Below, piece by piece: positions 63,011 through 64,000 of a stretch of DNA of 64,000 nucleotides. Position 1 is the first letter of the stretch; each line of letters opens with the position of its first letter. Position numbers and translations under genes: made by a program. Location of the stretch: positions 90,706,001-90,770,000 of the forward strand of contig OZ320314.1 in the NCBI GenBank assembly GCA_976226885.1, written 5' to 3'. The stretch comes from Iphione sp. A-MEVVRFRX5. Lineage: Eukaryota. The notes beneath the pieces are model-generated. The model was given only the letters and a program-made list of their open reading frames with translations, was not told where the DNA came from and did not search any database.

Positions 63011-64000
63011 TAAGTAGAACGAGAAGCAAACACATAAACAGCATAGAGGTCATATTGGCCGACACTAGGCAGCAAAGCCCGATATGCACAGAGCGCCAGT
63101 CACTCCAGTCACCCCTCCAATAAATAAGCCTGGCAGCACTTGACGATAGCTCGTAAAACGTTTCCAGCCAGGCGGGTGTATCAATAACTCCCCTTTGATC
63201 CTGCCAGTTTTAGTTTCCTTACATGCAGTGCGGATTCATTCGGTTTTTTTCTTTTTTATCGTATGAGACCTTAGCGGAATCTGGCCTGCGTGCCAACGCT
63301 GTTTTATTGGCTTCACTAAGTGGTTTACTGTGACCTGGGGATCCGCCATTAAAGGCAACCAGCCCGCCTTCATCGGCGCTGCTGACCACGTGATCAGCGA
63401 TCAATGATGACGCATTTCACTTAATTCAAGAATCGTTCACTATGACAACGATACAAGGAAGCGTAGCGCATCATGCTGTGTGGAAAGTTCTAATATGCCA
63501 GACGTGATACTTGCTTTTAGAGGCAGTGAACTCAAGTGGGGCATGGGTCTCGAGACGCAAAAAATTTTAATGGAGACCCTTCTGTGCACAAATGAGGTTT
63601 CTTCTTTTAGACAAGTTTTGGGGAAAGCATCATCCGCCCTCGACTTTGGGGCTTAAACCCCGGTCCACACACTCTAGAGTGGAAAGGGACCACATGATAG
63701 TTCCATATTTCATGAAATATTCAAGTCTGAACACGTTTCTTGGAATCTTTAAAAAGGGGGAGTATTTTATGGCCAAAAATTCATGTTTTCATGCATATAG
63801 GGGGTGTATGCCACTGGCAGCCAGCTCGCAATGTATGTCGGCATAGTTTTTGAACATAATTGTGGTAGACAGAAAATTATAACTATTCTCAGGTTATTCC
63901 TTGCAATATTAGCTTATATATGGCATTTGTTTCATCAAATTGGATCATTATTAGTGAAGTTAGCGGTTGACTGGTACCCATACCTTGCGGTCGAAAAAGG

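Noticed and set aside
1-64000. Prokaryotic operons, CRISPR arrays, rRNA, or intact host genes
   Set aside because: Low coding density, microsatellites and LINEs indicate a eukaryote. The tandem repeats have no unique spacers. No conserved host protein motifs were recognised, though small exons could have been missed.

Overview
Eukaryotic (metazoan, probably invertebrate) repeat-rich DNA of moderate AT bias. I found no recognisable host protein-coding gene, rRNA or CRISPR array. The dominant feature is an apparently full-length CR1/L2-group non-LTR retrotransposon on the minus strand (~20.7-27.8 kb) with three open reading frames. The first is an L1-type ORF1 (coiled coil, RRM, CTD) fused at its C-terminus to a NADAR/YbiA domain. 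The second is a stand-alone SGNH/GDSL-fold ORF whose catalytic His and Asn are replaced. The third is an intact APE-endonuclease/reverse-transcriptase ORF2. The window also holds a second, 5'-truncated CR1-group LINE broken by one TGA, several older LINE RT fragments, and a decayed ~500-codon gene with two C2H2 zinc fingers (57.85-59.4 kb). Smaller features are two MITEs (one with a clean 6-bp TSD), a tRNA-like SINE head, a promoter-like motif cluster and several mini/microsatellites. Domain calls come from motif recognition by eye; no database searches were run.
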